Source: Syntrophales bacterium
GTDB taxonomy: Bacteria > Desulfobacterota > Syntrophia > Syntrophales > PHBD01
DNA length: 64,000 nt
Direction: 5' to 3'
NCBI GenBank assembly: GCA_963668175.1
Contig: OY764159.1
Coordinates: 1,536,001-1,600,000, forward strand
Shown: in pieces, positions 51,864-61,716 of the stretch
Layout of the letters: each line of letters opens with the position of its first letter
Numbering within the stretch: position 1 is the stretch's first letter
Translations under genes and position numbers: made by a program
Notes under the pieces: model-generated
Told to the model about the DNA's origin: nothing
What the model saw: only the letters and a program-made list of their open reading frames with translations
Databases searched by the model: none

Positions 51864-52685
51864 TTACCCCCGGCCGATCCATCCCGCGAGCTTTCCTGCC
51901 GAGAAAAGAACCGCTGCCAGGCAGAAATTGGCGAAGGACAAGAAAACGGCAAAGACGAGGACGCCGCCCATCTCCCGCATGGAAGCCGCAAAACGGAGAA
52001 GGTACGTATGCCAGAGGGAGAGGCCGGCGAGATAGGCGATCACGTTGATAAGGAGCAGGATTGCCGCCAGGACGGCCGCTCCCCAGAGGCACCCCTTGAT
52101 GTCCGGGATGCTCAGGCCCATATGGGAGGCGATGCAGAACGAGCCGTAGAGAAAAGCCCAAAACAGAGGGCTCGCCAGGCTCCCGGGATAAAAGAGGAGA
52201 GAGAAGAAGGCCGGCAGGCAATCGGGCCTCGCTAACGGCCCCCACAGCGACGATGAACAGCTCCGGATGGCGGCGAGGGCCGCGCTTTTGCCCGGGACCA
52301 GGAAATAAAATCCGGCGAGGATCAGGGCCGAGCCGAGAAGAATAGGACCTGTGGCAATGAAGAGGTTGCCGACGTTCTGATAGATGCTTCTCCTGTTCCA
52401 GGCGTGCTCCACGGAGCCGGCCGAACCGTCCTTCGCAAACGGCGCCCAGAGGCGCAGCTTTTGGATCTTGTGTCCGAACAGAGGGCAGAAGACGGCGTGG
52501 CCCAGTTCGTGGACGGGTGTGCCGAGCCAGCCGGTAATCAGCACGCCGGCGGTCGGCCCCAGGGCCCGCATATACAGATACTGGGCCGTTCTGGCGAGGA
52601 TGTGGAGCACAAGCCCCATGACGCAGAACCAGCCCAGAAGGGCGGCCAATTGCTGCAGGGTTGTGAGTGCGATTTGTTTTAGCAT
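51864..52685 (-). CDS. membrane protein with HExxH motif (M50-like metallopeptidase)
   Basis: GTPVHELGHA, G.VEH, IATGP, S.PD; several TM helices. Confidence 0.7.
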   Translation of the reverse strand: MLKQIALTTLQQLAALLGWFCVMGLVLHILARTAQYLYMRALGPTAGVLITGWLGTPVHELGHAVFCPLFGHKIQKLRLWAPFAKDGSAGSVEHAWNRRSIYQNVGNLFIATGPILLGSALILAGFYFLVPGKSAALAAIRSCSSSLWGPLARPDCLPAFFSLLFYPGSLASPLFWAFLYGSFCIASHMGLSIPDIKGCLWGAAVLAAILLLINVIAYLAGLSLWHTYLLRFAASMREMGGVLVFAVFLSFANFCLAAVLFSAGKLAGWIGRG

Positions 52686-52773
52686 GTCTTCCGGATCTCC
52701 TCGGCAAGCCTCCGCGAAGCGCCGGCGCTTTATGGTATCGGCGCGGTCCTTCTATTACGGAGGTTTTCGCCTG

Positions 52774-53322
52774 TTATCTCTTATAATAGGATATCAGGGA
52801 TGCCTTGGCGATCGTGTGAAAATGGAGATTGAAACCCACGAGGGCCGGGGACGCCTTTTCGTCGAGGTCCAGTTTCGCTGTGTCCAGGGCATAGACGGTG
52901 AAGACGTACCGGTGGGGCTTGTCGCCGGCCGGGGGGCAGGCGCCGCCGAATCCCGGTTTGCCGAAGTCGGTGACGGACTGGATGCTGCCCGCAGGCGCCA
53001 GGCCTTTTTCGATATTGCCGGCGCCGGTTTTAAGTTCGCTCACATTCGCGGGGATGTTGAAGATGACCCAGTGCCACCAGCCGCTGCCCGTCGGGGCGTC
53101 GGGGTCGTAAACCATGACGGCGAAGCTCTTCGTATTGGTGGGGGCGTTGACCCATCTGAGCGCCGGCGATATATTCCGGCCGGTGCACCCGAACCCGGCA
53201 AAGACCTGGTCGTTCGTCAACTGGCCCCGCAAGTCGGTGCTCGTCAGAGTGAATTCCTGGGCCCGGACGGTTGCCGCGCCCAGAAGGACGGCCAAAAAGG
53301 CGATCAATAGCACTCTCTTCAT
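52774..53322 (-). CDS. YbhB/YbcL (PEBP) family exported protein
   Basis: Signal peptide; NISPAL.W, YDPDAPTGSGWWHW, GACPP.GD.PHRY. Confidence 0.9.
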   Translation of the reverse strand: MKRVLLIAFLAVLLGAATVRAQEFTLTSTDLRGQLTNDQVFAGFGCTGRNISPALRWVNAPTNTKSFAVMVYDPDAPTGSGWWHWVIFNIPANVSELKTGAGNIEKGLAPAGSIQSVTDFGKPGFGGACPPAGDKPHRYVFTVYALDTAKLDLDEKASPALVGFNLHFHTIAKASLISYYKR

Positions 53323-53422
53323 TTTTCCCTCCCTTTCGTTGTGGCAGTGGCGGTCCGCTCCGGGCGGGGCCGCAATCATGGCCGGCGGAGGCGTCTTACT
53401 CTCTCCGCCCGGCATTCCGTCT

Positions 53423-54493
53423 TTATTTCAGGGTGATGGCCTTGACGGGGCAGATCTCCTGGCAACAGAAGCAACCGATGCACAGGGCCTTGTCCACCCG
53501 GGGCAGATCGTCGTCGTCCATGGACAGGGCCGACACGGGACACTGCTCGACGCAGGCCCCGCAGCCTGTGCACAATTCGGGGTCGGCCTGGGGATGCAGG
53601 ACGGTCTTGCTGTGGATCAGGTCCTGCATGGACTTATTCCCGATCGTCGCCTCGCCGCCGAGCGGGGGCAGCTTGAACTCGGGGATGACAAAGAAGTCGC
53701 CGACGATGTCGACGGTCCGGAGGTCGTAGTCGCCCAGGCCTTCTTCCCTGGCCTTGCGGAGGAACCGCAGGCGGCCGGGATCCAGGCCCATCATCGCGGC
53801 CACGACGGCGTCGAGGGCGACGGCGTTGTCGGATGCGAGTATCCGGCCGATGTTCCGGAGATCGGGCGAGGCGGGGCCGTTGCCTTCCATCCCCACGACG
53901 GCGTCCATGATGAAGAGATCGGGGACGCGGAGCTTGAATACCTCGACCATCATATCGTGAAAGCGCTCCGCCGTGCCCGCCGCTTTGTGCAGCTTTGCCT
54001 TCTGGGCGCCGGGAAGCAGGCCGTAACTGTTCTTGACGGCGCCGGTCATGACGGTGAGGCCGTGGGTCTTGAACTTGGGCAGGCTGATGACGATATCGGC
54101 GTCCATGGCCGCCTGGGACAGGCTCACTTCGGGCATGTAATCGGGATTGAAGGCGACTTTTACGGAATCGTTGCCGATGTTCCGGTAGAAGTCCCCCGCC
54201 GCCTCCATCAGGCCCGTTTGCCGGAAGCAGTCTTCGTTCTGGCCGTAGCCGAAGATTCCGGGGTTGTCGCCGACGACGATCTCGGCGGGACCCAGGCTTT
54301 TCGCCTTCCCGACGACCGCTTTAAGGACGGCGGGATGGGTCGTGATGGCCTCTTCCGGTGTCGCCCCCCGCAGGACATTGGGCTTGACGAGGACTTTTTT
54401 CCCTTTCAGTTGCAGCGGAAAGAGGGCAAAGGCCCGGTCTACGGCTCCGCGGACGTTTTCATAGGTGGCGGGATGAATCATCACTTTGGGCAT
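53423..54493 (-). CDS. DUF362 domain protein with C-terminal 2x[4Fe-4S]
   Basis: VLVKPN, TTHP, LPKFKTH...TGAVKN, CTGCGACVEQCP, CIGCFCCQEICP. Confidence 0.85.
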   Translation of the reverse strand: MPKVMIHPATYENVRGAVDRAFALFPLQLKGKKVLVKPNVLRGATPEEAITTHPAVLKAVVGKAKSLGPAEIVVGDNPGIFGYGQNEDCFRQTGLMEAAGDFYRNIGNDSVKVAFNPDYMPEVSLSQAAMDADIVISLPKFKTHGLTVMTGAVKNSYGLLPGAQKAKLHKAAGTAERFHDMMVEVFKLRVPDLFIMDAVVGMEGNGPASPDLRNIGRILASDNAVALDAVVAAMMGLDPGRLRFLRKAREEGLGDYDLRTVDIVGDFFVIPEFKLPPLGGEATIGNKSMQDLIHSKTVLHPQADPELCTGCGACVEQCPVSALSMDDDDLPRVDKALCIGCFCCQEICPVKAITLK

Positions 54494-54681
54494 GGCAAAA
54501 CCTCGCTTAACATTCTCTCGTATTTTAACCCAAGATCGGAAGAAGCGCAAGGAGAGGCCTGTCTGATGGAGGTCCTGCGGAAATTCCCGTCGTGTCCGCC
54601 GTGCGGGCCCGGTGGAGAGGTCGGCCGGGACGGCGTGTGCATGCCGCGATTTGTTCCGCGGAGGATGTCTTTATGCAATGA

Positions 54682-54708
54682 AAAGGGCGGCCCCGACAGG
54701 GCCGCCCC
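54682..54708 (-). terminator. probable intrinsic terminator
   Basis: GGGCGGCCC...GGGCCGCCC stem with A4 on the plus side. Confidence 0.55.
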
Positions 54709-54758
54709 ATAGATACACTGTTCTTGTATACCGGAAGGCGTTTCCGGACCGATCCCGG

Positions 54759-55829
54759 TTACTTTGCCGGAGTCTTGGCGATGAAGGTGAATTCGACCCT
54801 CCTGTTGGCGTCGCCGGTGGTGTTTGCGAAAAGCGCCGGCGATGTCCCGGCCCCGGAAGCCTCCAGGTATGCGGCGTTTATCTTGCCTTTGTCCATGAGG
54901 AGGCTTTTCAGTTTGGCCGCCATGGCGTTCGTCGCCGCAATATCCTCGCCCTTGGGCGGTTTGCCGTGACCGAAGACCTTGACGTCCAGCCGGTATTCGG
55001 GGTTTTTCGCGGCGACGGCAGCGATATCGCCGGCGATCTTCTCCGCGCCGGGGGCCAGTTCGAGGCCCTTCTTGGTTGTCTTGAAGAAGGCGCTTCTTGG
55101 GATGACGACGGTGGCCCCGTCGGCGGCTATCCGCGACACGATCCCCAGCTTGCTCAGGTCGGCGAGAAAATCCCGGGCCTTGGTCGCCGCGGTCAGCCTT
55201 GCCTGGACCTGGACGAACTCGACGCCCTTCTGGGACTTGATGCCGTTCAGTTCATCCTTGATCTTCTTGTTCTCGCTCGTAAGATCTTCCCTGGTGAGAT
55301 TCAAGGACGCGATCTCGGCCTTGAGGGACGTGTTTTCCTTCGACAGGGAGGCGACCTGGCCGGAGAGGCTCGTCTTGGCGCTGCCCGTCTCCGTCTTCAA
55401 TCGCTCGATCTCGACGTTCTTGTCTTCGAAAACCTTAATGCGGGCCTTCATGTCCCGGATCTTCTTCTCGATGGTCTCCTTCTCCTGGACCTGGGCCGCC
55501 GTATCGAGTCGCGCCGTGACGATGGCCACGGTTATATCCGCCATGGAAGCGTAGTGCCGGACCGTCGGTTCGGCCTCGTCCTTAAGGCCTCCGAGGAGTC
55601 CCAGGTTCTTCTTGTATTCGCCCTCCGCCATCTTGAGATAGTTTTGGGCGGTGATGATGTCGTCCTGATAGTCCTTGTTGTCCGCGTTTCTTTTGATCAG
55701 GTTGTTCAGGTTGGTCTTGGCTTGTTCAATGGCCAGCATGGCCTTCGTCTTGTCGGCGGCCATGACGGCGGGGGATGCAAGAACGGTGCAGATAATGCCT
55801 ATGACGATGAAGAGGGCTGTCTTTTTCAT
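54759..55829 (-). CDS. exported coiled-coil protein with degenerate OmpA/MotB-like C-terminal domain
   Basis: Signal peptide, long heptad region, ASGAG..P...NRRVEF. Confidence 0.7.
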   Translation of the reverse strand: MKKTALFIVIGIICTVLASPAVMAADKTKAMLAIEQAKTNLNNLIKRNADNKDYQDDIITAQNYLKMAEGEYKKNLGLLGGLKDEAEPTVRHYASMADITVAIVTARLDTAAQVQEKETIEKKIRDMKARIKVFEDKNVEIERLKTETGSAKTSLSGQVASLSKENTSLKAEIASLNLTREDLTSENKKIKDELNGIKSQKGVEFVQVQARLTAATKARDFLADLSKLGIVSRIAADGATVVIPRSAFFKTTKKGLELAPGAEKIAGDIAAVAAKNPEYRLDVKVFGHGKPPKGEDIAATNAMAAKLKSLLMDKGKINAAYLEASGAGTSPALFANTTGDANRRVEFTFIAKTPAK

Positions 55830-56218
55830 TTTGGGTCCCCCTTTCCGGCCAGAATCGATTCGAGGCGCTGTTCGAGCTGCTTCAACTCCGTCCGCGATAC
55901 GGCCGTCTTGTCAGTCGCCTCGCGTTCGTCCGCCGTTGCATTAGCCAGCGTGATCTGCAGATTCGCCATTTCAATCGCCTGTTTGGCGGTCTTCTCGTCG
56001 CCGGCTTCTATTGCCTGCTGGGCCTTGAAGACGTTGCTTTTCGTGCTTTCGATGATTTCCCTGGCATACTTGCCGGCTTTGGTGTCGGTCAGTTTTTCCA
56101 CAGCCTCTTTCGTCTGCCGGTATTCGTCGATAGTCGCCTTCGTGACCCCTTCGCCGGCCGCCGCCGGTGTGACGATCATCAGCATGACGGCCACACACAG
56201 CCCATGATGAATTTTCAT
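55826..56218 (-). CDS. DUF4398-like exported helical protein
   Basis: Signal peptide, AGKYA.E motif, ATGA overlap with the next gene; RBS GAGGAGG. Confidence 0.7.
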   Translation of the reverse strand: MKIHHGLCVAVMLMIVTPAAAGEGVTKATIDEYRQTKEAVEKLTDTKAGKYAREIIESTKSNVFKAQQAIEAGDEKTAKQAIEMANLQITLANATADEREATDKTAVSRTELKQLEQRLESILAGKGDPK

Positions 56219-56268
56219 GACAACCTCCTCACTTGTATGATGAATTCTACGAAAACGCGTTGAGTGGA

Positions 56269-56297
56269 ACTATAGGCCCGCCCATGCGATGTGTCAA
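56269..56297 (-). promoter_or_regulatory. sigma-70 promoter
   Basis: Minus-strand TTGACA-17-TATAGT. Confidence 0.7.
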
Positions 56298-56532
56298 TAA
56301 AAAATCGGCACTGTCGAAAATGCGGCGCGGACGGCCGCCGGATCAGGACAGTCCGCGGCCTGTGCAATGATTAGGACCTTCGGCGGTACTTCGGCTGGGC
56401 GATTCTGGTGATCCGGACGAGACCGTCGGCTGAGATCCGGCTTGATAGGCGATAGCCTCTACCGAAGCTGCCCGCGGAACGATTGCGTGTGAGCCGGCGA
56501 TCGGCCATACGTGCGGCGTATATCGTCCCGTT

Positions 56533-57750
56533 TCAATCCGGAGCGAAGGGCAGGTAGACGTGGAAGACGGTCCCATGGCCGGGTTCCGATTCAACCATGA
56601 TCAGGCCGTCGTGGTTTTTGACGATGCCGTAGGCCATGGCCAGGCCGAGACCCTTGCCCCGGCTCCCCTCCCTGCCCTTGGTCGTGAAATAGGGTTCGAA
56701 GATGATCGGGAGATATTCCTTTTCGATGCCGGAGCCGCTGTCCCGCATGGATACCTTTACGTACCGGCCGTGTTTCAGGGCATAGCCGTCGCTTGCGATG
56801 TCGCAGTTTTCGGCCGTAAGGGAGAACGATCCTCCATGAGGCATGGCCTCCAGGGCGTTCCGGGCGATATTTTCGAAGGCTTGGCGTATCTGTCTGGCGT
56901 CCATCCTGACCAGTCCTAGGTCGGCCGGGACGGAGAGATCGCACCGGATATCCAATCCTTTGAAAACGTCCTCGACGATACCCCGCAGCAGGTCGCCCAC
57001 GGCCTGGACCTTCATGGTCGCGTAGCCGCCTTTGGCAAAGGTGATCAGTTTCTGGGTCAGTTCCTTGGCCTGGAAACCGTCCTGTTCCGCCCGGCTCAGG
57101 CAGTCGACCAGGATCGTGTCCTCCTTGTCCGCCATCGCCTTGGCGACGATGACATTCCTCATGATGGCGGAAAGCAGGCTGTCGAAGTCCTGGGAGACTT
57201 TCCGGGCGAAGGTGACGAGGGAGTCGAGCTTCTTCATCCTGATAAGCTCTTCTTCCGCCGATTTCTGGTCGCTGATGTCCTGGAGGGTTTCTGTGGCGGC
57301 GAAGACGACGCCCTGGGAATCGCGGACCGCCGAGGCCGTGAAGTGAAGCCAGCGGCCCCCTTCGCCGAGGTCGGGGAAGAAGTCCGTCGCCTCGTAGGCG
57401 TCGTCGATCAGGCGGGATTTACGGTATTTTCCCGAATACCAGTTGGGCACCGTTTCCAGGGTTTCGTCGACCACGAGGTCGGCCATGCAGGGTCGTTTTT
57501 CCCTGTAGAAGGCCTTCCAGTGCTCATCCGTGCCCATGATAGCGCCTGCCGGGATGCGGCTCATTTCTTCCAGGGCCTTGTTCCAGTGAAGGACCTGGTG
57601 GTCCCTGTTGATGACGAAAACGGCGATGGGCGAGGCCTGGATGATGTTGGCCAGGCGCTGCTCGTTCTCGATCCTCTGCCACATGGAGTAGCCGAGGAAG
57701 ACGATGCCTGTGATGCCCGCGCCGAGGACAAACGCCAGTAATGGATTCAT
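56533..57750 (-). CDS. TM-PAS sensor histidine-kinase-like protein lacking the phospho-His
   Basis: PAS domain; H-box reads ARKVSQDFDSLL; N, G1, F and G2 boxes intact (NALEA, DSGSGI, FEPYFTTK, GKGLGL). Confidence 0.82.
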   Translation of the reverse strand: MNPLLAFVLGAGITGIVFLGYSMWQRIENEQRLANIIQASPIAVFVINRDHQVLHWNKALEEMSRIPAGAIMGTDEHWKAFYREKRPCMADLVVDETLETVPNWYSGKYRKSRLIDDAYEATDFFPDLGEGGRWLHFTASAVRDSQGVVFAATETLQDISDQKSAEEELIRMKKLDSLVTFARKVSQDFDSLLSAIMRNVIVAKAMADKEDTILVDCLSRAEQDGFQAKELTQKLITFAKGGYATMKVQAVGDLLRGIVEDVFKGLDIRCDLSVPADLGLVRMDARQIRQAFENIARNALEAMPHGGSFSLTAENCDIASDGYALKHGRYVKVSMRDSGSGIEKEYLPIIFEPYFTTKGREGSRGKGLGLAMAYGIVKNHDGLIMVESEPGHGTVFHVYLPFAPD

Positions 57751-57976
57751 GCCGCACCCCCTCCTGCCGTCAGGACGATTGGCCTGGAATTCCCCGAATG
57801 GTCCCGATCCGCTCGCCGGGGTCTATGTACCACATTTTGCCTTCCCAAGTCTTCTTTTTTCCATGGCGGGAAAACCCGGTCCGTGTCGCCTTCTGCCATG
57901 GGAAAATAAGGTTGATTCCCGGGAAATATGCTAAAATGGTGTTACCGATATTCTTCGGCGAGGGAACGCCCCCGGC

Positions 57977-59170
57977 ATGAAAAAACGCTTGATCAGAACC
58001 GACCGGCTCCTGAGGACGATGCACCTTTTGCGGTTCATCCTCCCGTCCAGACTGCCTCAGATTCACAGGCAGAACGCGGTCGAACTCTACCGGGGCGGCG
58101 ACCGATTTTTCCCGGCCCTCTTCGAGGCCCTCCGCGGCGCAAAGAAATTCATTCTTGCAGAATATTACATCGTTCGCAGCGACCGTACCGGCAGCGCCCT
58201 GGCCTCCGAGCTGGCGGGGGCCGTAAAGCGAGGCGTCCGCGTCTATCTCATCTACGACTATATCGGTTCCATCGATTCGCCGGCCGCCTTCTTCCGGAAT
58301 CTCGCCGCGGCCGGTGTTGAAACGGCGCCCTTCAACGTCCCGTCTTTCCACCGCGGGCTCAGATGGTTCGACCGGCGGGACCACCGCAAGATGACCATCG
58401 TCGACGGCGAGGTGGCCTTTCTCGGGGGATTCAACATCGGCGACGAATACGCGGGATTAGCGGCGGACGCGGACCGCTTCTACGACCTGGGCATCAGCAT
58501 CCGGGGAAGCGCCGTGGAGGAGTTCATGCGGATCTTTTCGGAAACCTGGCGGCGGGAGCGGGGCGATCCGCCCGACGTATCGGGCGCCGCCGGTGACGGC
58601 CGGGCCGAAAGCGGGTCGGGAAACGGGGATGTCGCCATCGTCAGCGGCGGTCCGGGGCACCGCCATTCCCGCATCCGCAATGTCTTTCTTGTTCATATTG
58701 CCGCGGCATCGGACGAGCTTCTTATCGTCACGCCCTATTTTATTCCCGGCCCCCGTATGATCCGGGCGCTTATGCGGGCGGCCCGGCGGGGGGTACGGGT
58801 CAGGCTGCTCCTTCCGGCGCGGAGCGACATGCCGTTCGTCAGGCTTCTGGCGCGCGCCTATTACGATGTTCTTCTCAGGGAAGGGATTGAAATCCGGGAA
58901 TTGGAGGAGGAGATTCTCCATGCCAAAGCGATGCTGATCGACGGGAAGCAGGCGGTTATCGGCTCGGCCAATCTCGATCAGCGGAGCTTTCATCGCAATT
59001 TCGAGATAGCCGTCCTCATCCGGGACGATGCCCTCGCCGGCAGCATCCGAGCAATTTACGGTGAAGACTTCCGCAGGGCACGTACCGTGCTGCTTAAAGA
59101 CCACGAACGGCGGGGCCTTGCCGTCCGTATCCTGGAAAGGCTCATCGGCCTCTTCGGGTGGTTTCTGTAA
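57977..59170 (+). CDS. cardiolipin synthase/phospholipase D family protein (ClsB-like)
   Basis: Two HKD motifs, HRKMTIVD and HAKAMLID; TPYF, GSANLD.RS; no N-terminal TM hairpin. Confidence 0.88.
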   Translation: MKKRLIRTDRLLRTMHLLRFILPSRLPQIHRQNAVELYRGGDRFFPALFEALRGAKKFILAEYYIVRSDRTGSALASELAGAVKRGVRVYLIYDYIGSIDSPAAFFRNLAAAGVETAPFNVPSFHRGLRWFDRRDHRKMTIVDGEVAFLGGFNIGDEYAGLAADADRFYDLGISIRGSAVEEFMRIFSETWRRERGDPPDVSGAAGDGRAESGSGNGDVAIVSGGPGHRHSRIRNVFLVHIAAASDELLIVTPYFIPGPRMIRALMRAARRGVRVRLLLPARSDMPFVRLLARAYYDVLLREGIEIRELEEEILHAKAMLIDGKQAVIGSANLDQRSFHRNFEIAVLIRDDALAGSIRAIYGEDFRRARTVLLKDHERRGLAVRILERLIGLFGWFL

Positions 59171-59279
59171 GGGGTTGTGCCCCCTACGAACATCATAAGA
59201 TGAAGGTGTAGGATTCCTTGCGTGCAACGTTTCCGGAGGAGCGCGGAACAGGAGGAAATAGGCCGGAAACGATATGTCG

Positions 59280-60926
59280 CTATAAAACACCGCCGTCGAG
59301 ATAACGGACAAAATCCCCGTAGCCTGCGTTCCGGATCAGCTCCGTCGTCACCGCTTCGTCGAGGGGCAGGCCTTCGATGGCGTCATAATGCCTTGCCAGA
59401 AAAAGGTTCTTGACCTGACGGCACAGCTCGACCAGCATCTCGGGGGCGTCCTGGCCGCTTACATGTTTATAAAGGCCGATGACCGCCAGATAAACCCTCT
59501 TTGCCCCGGCAGGCGTCAGGGAATATTGTTCTTCCGCTTTGCCGGGAATCCGATTGATAAAGGGCGGCATGCACTCGGCCCTGCCGACCAGCAAGGTTGC
59601 CAGGGCCAGCCAGAAGGCGTCGACGGCGTTTCTGTGGCCGGCATGCCCGCGGATGTCGGATGCCCATGCGCCGTAGATACGGTCCAGGAGTGCGAACAGG
59701 GCCTTCGTCATCTCGTTGAGGTAAGGGGCGATGTGGGCGTGGAAAGTCTTCCAGTTACGGAAGGCGCTCTCGACGTGATCGTCGTCTACGCGGACGATGT
59801 CGCCTATGCAGGCGAGGAAGGCGTCGCTCATAGCCACGTCGCAGTAAAATGCGGTTGACACGAAAGAGAAAGGGTAAGACGTGAGGCGGCCGCGGCGGGG
59901 CAGCGTCCGCGCCTTTTCCTCCAGCAGCCGGCCGAAATCCGCCATGTTCTTCCGGATGTCGAAATGTTCGCCCGCCCTCGCAATCGCGCGGCTCCTCATG
60001 GCGTCTATATCCGGATCGCCCTCGATAATACGCCGGACAAGGTTTCTCACTGCCGATACGGCCCTGGCCCTGTCGCCTGCCGGCACCACGCAGCCCGTGA
60101 CGCCGTCAAGCACCGAGATAGGCAGGCCCCCCGTATCGGAGACAACCGCGATGGCACCGGCCGCCATGGCCTCGACGGCGGTGAGGCCGAAGGCCTCCAC
60201 GCGGGACATGTGGAGCAGGATGTCGGATGCTTTCAGGAGGGAAGGAATCCGGTCGTATTTCCGGTAGCCCAGGTATTGGATGCCGTCCCCGGACGGGCCT
60301 TCCCTGCCGACAATGGCGGCCTCGATCGGCAGCCCCTCGTCGATAAGCTCCCAGGCGACGTCCGCCAGGTCGGGGTCCATGAATTTTCCCGTCGTTGCAA
60401 GCTGGATAAGGCGGACCTTCCCGTCCCGTTTCCTCACGTCTCCTTTGTAAAGCGATACGTCCACGCCGGGGGCAAAGACGAAATCGTTCTTCTTAGGCCC
60501 CATGTAATCAAAGACGGGCCGGGAGACGGCGACGGTGATATCGACGGCGGGGCTGAGTCCGGCCTTGTAGAAGAAGTTCATGATCTCGACCACCAGCGGC
60601 TTCGGCGCGAACTGGGCGGCCTCAAGCGCAAGGGGTGCGATGACGCTGTTGGAAATGATGACGACATCGAAGCGGTCCATCAACTCGCACAGATCCTTCA
60701 GGGGGCGGAATCGCTCGAAAAAGACGATGTCGACGCCTTCGATGCCGGGCGAGTCGAAAGCATCGGTTTTGGGATCTGTCTTGCCCGTTACGATCAGGGT
60801 GACGTCGTAGCCGGCCTTCGCAAGGTAGGAGGCGTACTGCATGGCGACGATGTGCGCCCCGGACAGGCTGAGGCCGTCGGTGGTTACGGCAAACCTGAAT
60901 TTTTCACGGGCTTGGCGATGCGGCAT
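59280..60926 (-). CDS. glycosyltransferase family 4 with C-terminal helical extension
   Basis: SRVEAFGLTAVEAMAAG, SDTGG, TG. Confidence 0.82.
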   Translation of the reverse strand: MPHRQAREKFRFAVTTDGLSLSGAHIVAMQYASYLAKAGYDVTLIVTGKTDPKTDAFDSPGIEGVDIVFFERFRPLKDLCELMDRFDVVIISNSVIAPLALEAAQFAPKPLVVEIMNFFYKAGLSPAVDITVAVSRPVFDYMGPKKNDFVFAPGVDVSLYKGDVRKRDGKVRLIQLATTGKFMDPDLADVAWELIDEGLPIEAAIVGREGPSGDGIQYLGYRKYDRIPSLLKASDILLHMSRVEAFGLTAVEAMAAGAIAVVSDTGGLPISVLDGVTGCVVPAGDRARAVSAVRNLVRRIIEGDPDIDAMRSRAIARAGEHFDIRKNMADFGRLLEEKARTLPRRGRLTSYPFSFVSTAFYCDVAMSDAFLACIGDIVRVDDDHVESAFRNWKTFHAHIAPYLNEMTKALFALLDRIYGAWASDIRGHAGHRNAVDAFWLALATLLVGRAECMPPFINRIPGKAEEQYSLTPAGAKRVYLAVIGLYKHVSGQDAPEMLVELCRQVKNLFLARHYDAIEGLPLDEAVTTELIRNAGYGDFVRYLDGGVL

Positions 60927-61061
60927 GGCGGTCCTTCTGAGAGTCCGCCCGATACTACCCGATTTCGCATCAAATAGAAAGGGAATAAGACCCGACGGCG
61001 CTCTTCACGATGGAGTCCGTTTGTTGCGGAGTACGAGGCGGGGCGCGCGCCGGGAGCAGAG

Positions 61062-61715
61062 TCAGTCGTTTAACGCCACCAATCCCTCGCGAACGGCGTA
61101 TTTCGTAAGTTCCGCGACGCTTCTCATGTTCAGCTTCTCCATGATGTTGCGGCGGTGGGTCTCGATCGTCTTGATGCTCAGGTTGATATGGCCAGCGATT
61201 TCCCGTGTCGGCAACCCCTCCGCCAGGAGCTGGAGGATTTCCCGTTCCCGGGACGTCAGCTTGGCACCGCCCGCAGAGGCGGATTGCGAACCCCTGCTCA
61301 GATACTCCTTGACGACGACGTCGGCGATCTTCGGGCTCAGGTAGGAATTGCCCGCCGCGACCTGGCGGATGGCGTTGGCCAGTTCGCCGAAGGCGCAGTC
61401 CTTGAGGAGGTAGCCGGCGGCGCCCGCTTCCAGCATACCCAGTACGAAGCGGCGGTCCGAGTGCATCGACAGGGCGATGACCTTGACCTGCGGTTTTCCG
61501 GCGATGATCCGCCGGGTGGCCTCGATGCCGTTCAGGTCCGGCATCGTGATGTCCATGACGATCACGTCCGGCGACAGCTTCTCGGCGATTTTGATGGTTT
61601 TTCGCCCGTTTTCCGCCTCGGCGACGACTTCCATCCCCGCTTCCTTTTCGATCAGGGTTCTCAGTCCGTCCCGGAATATCTCGTGATCGTCCGCCAGAAG
61701 AACCTTGATAGCCAT
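61062..61715 (-). CDS. NarL/LuxR-family response regulator
   Basis: LADDH, MDITMP, GYLLK, LTSREREIL, KTIETHR. Confidence 0.95.
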   Translation of the reverse strand: MAIKVLLADDHEIFRDGLRTLIEKEAGMEVVAEAENGRKTIKIAEKLSPDVIVMDITMPDLNGIEATRRIIAGKPQVKVIALSMHSDRRFVLGMLEAGAAGYLLKDCAFGELANAIRQVAAGNSYLSPKIADVVVKEYLSRGSQSASAGGAKLTSREREILQLLAEGLPTREIAGHINLSIKTIETHRRNIMEKLNMRSVAELTKYAVREGLVALND

Positions 61716-61716
61716 T

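Noticed and set aside
56300..56532. Possible structured RNA in this gap (also 47560-47730, 2895-3300, 4205-4620)
   Set aside because: I could not recognise any tRNA, riboswitch or known ncRNA; an Rfam/Infernal scan would be needed
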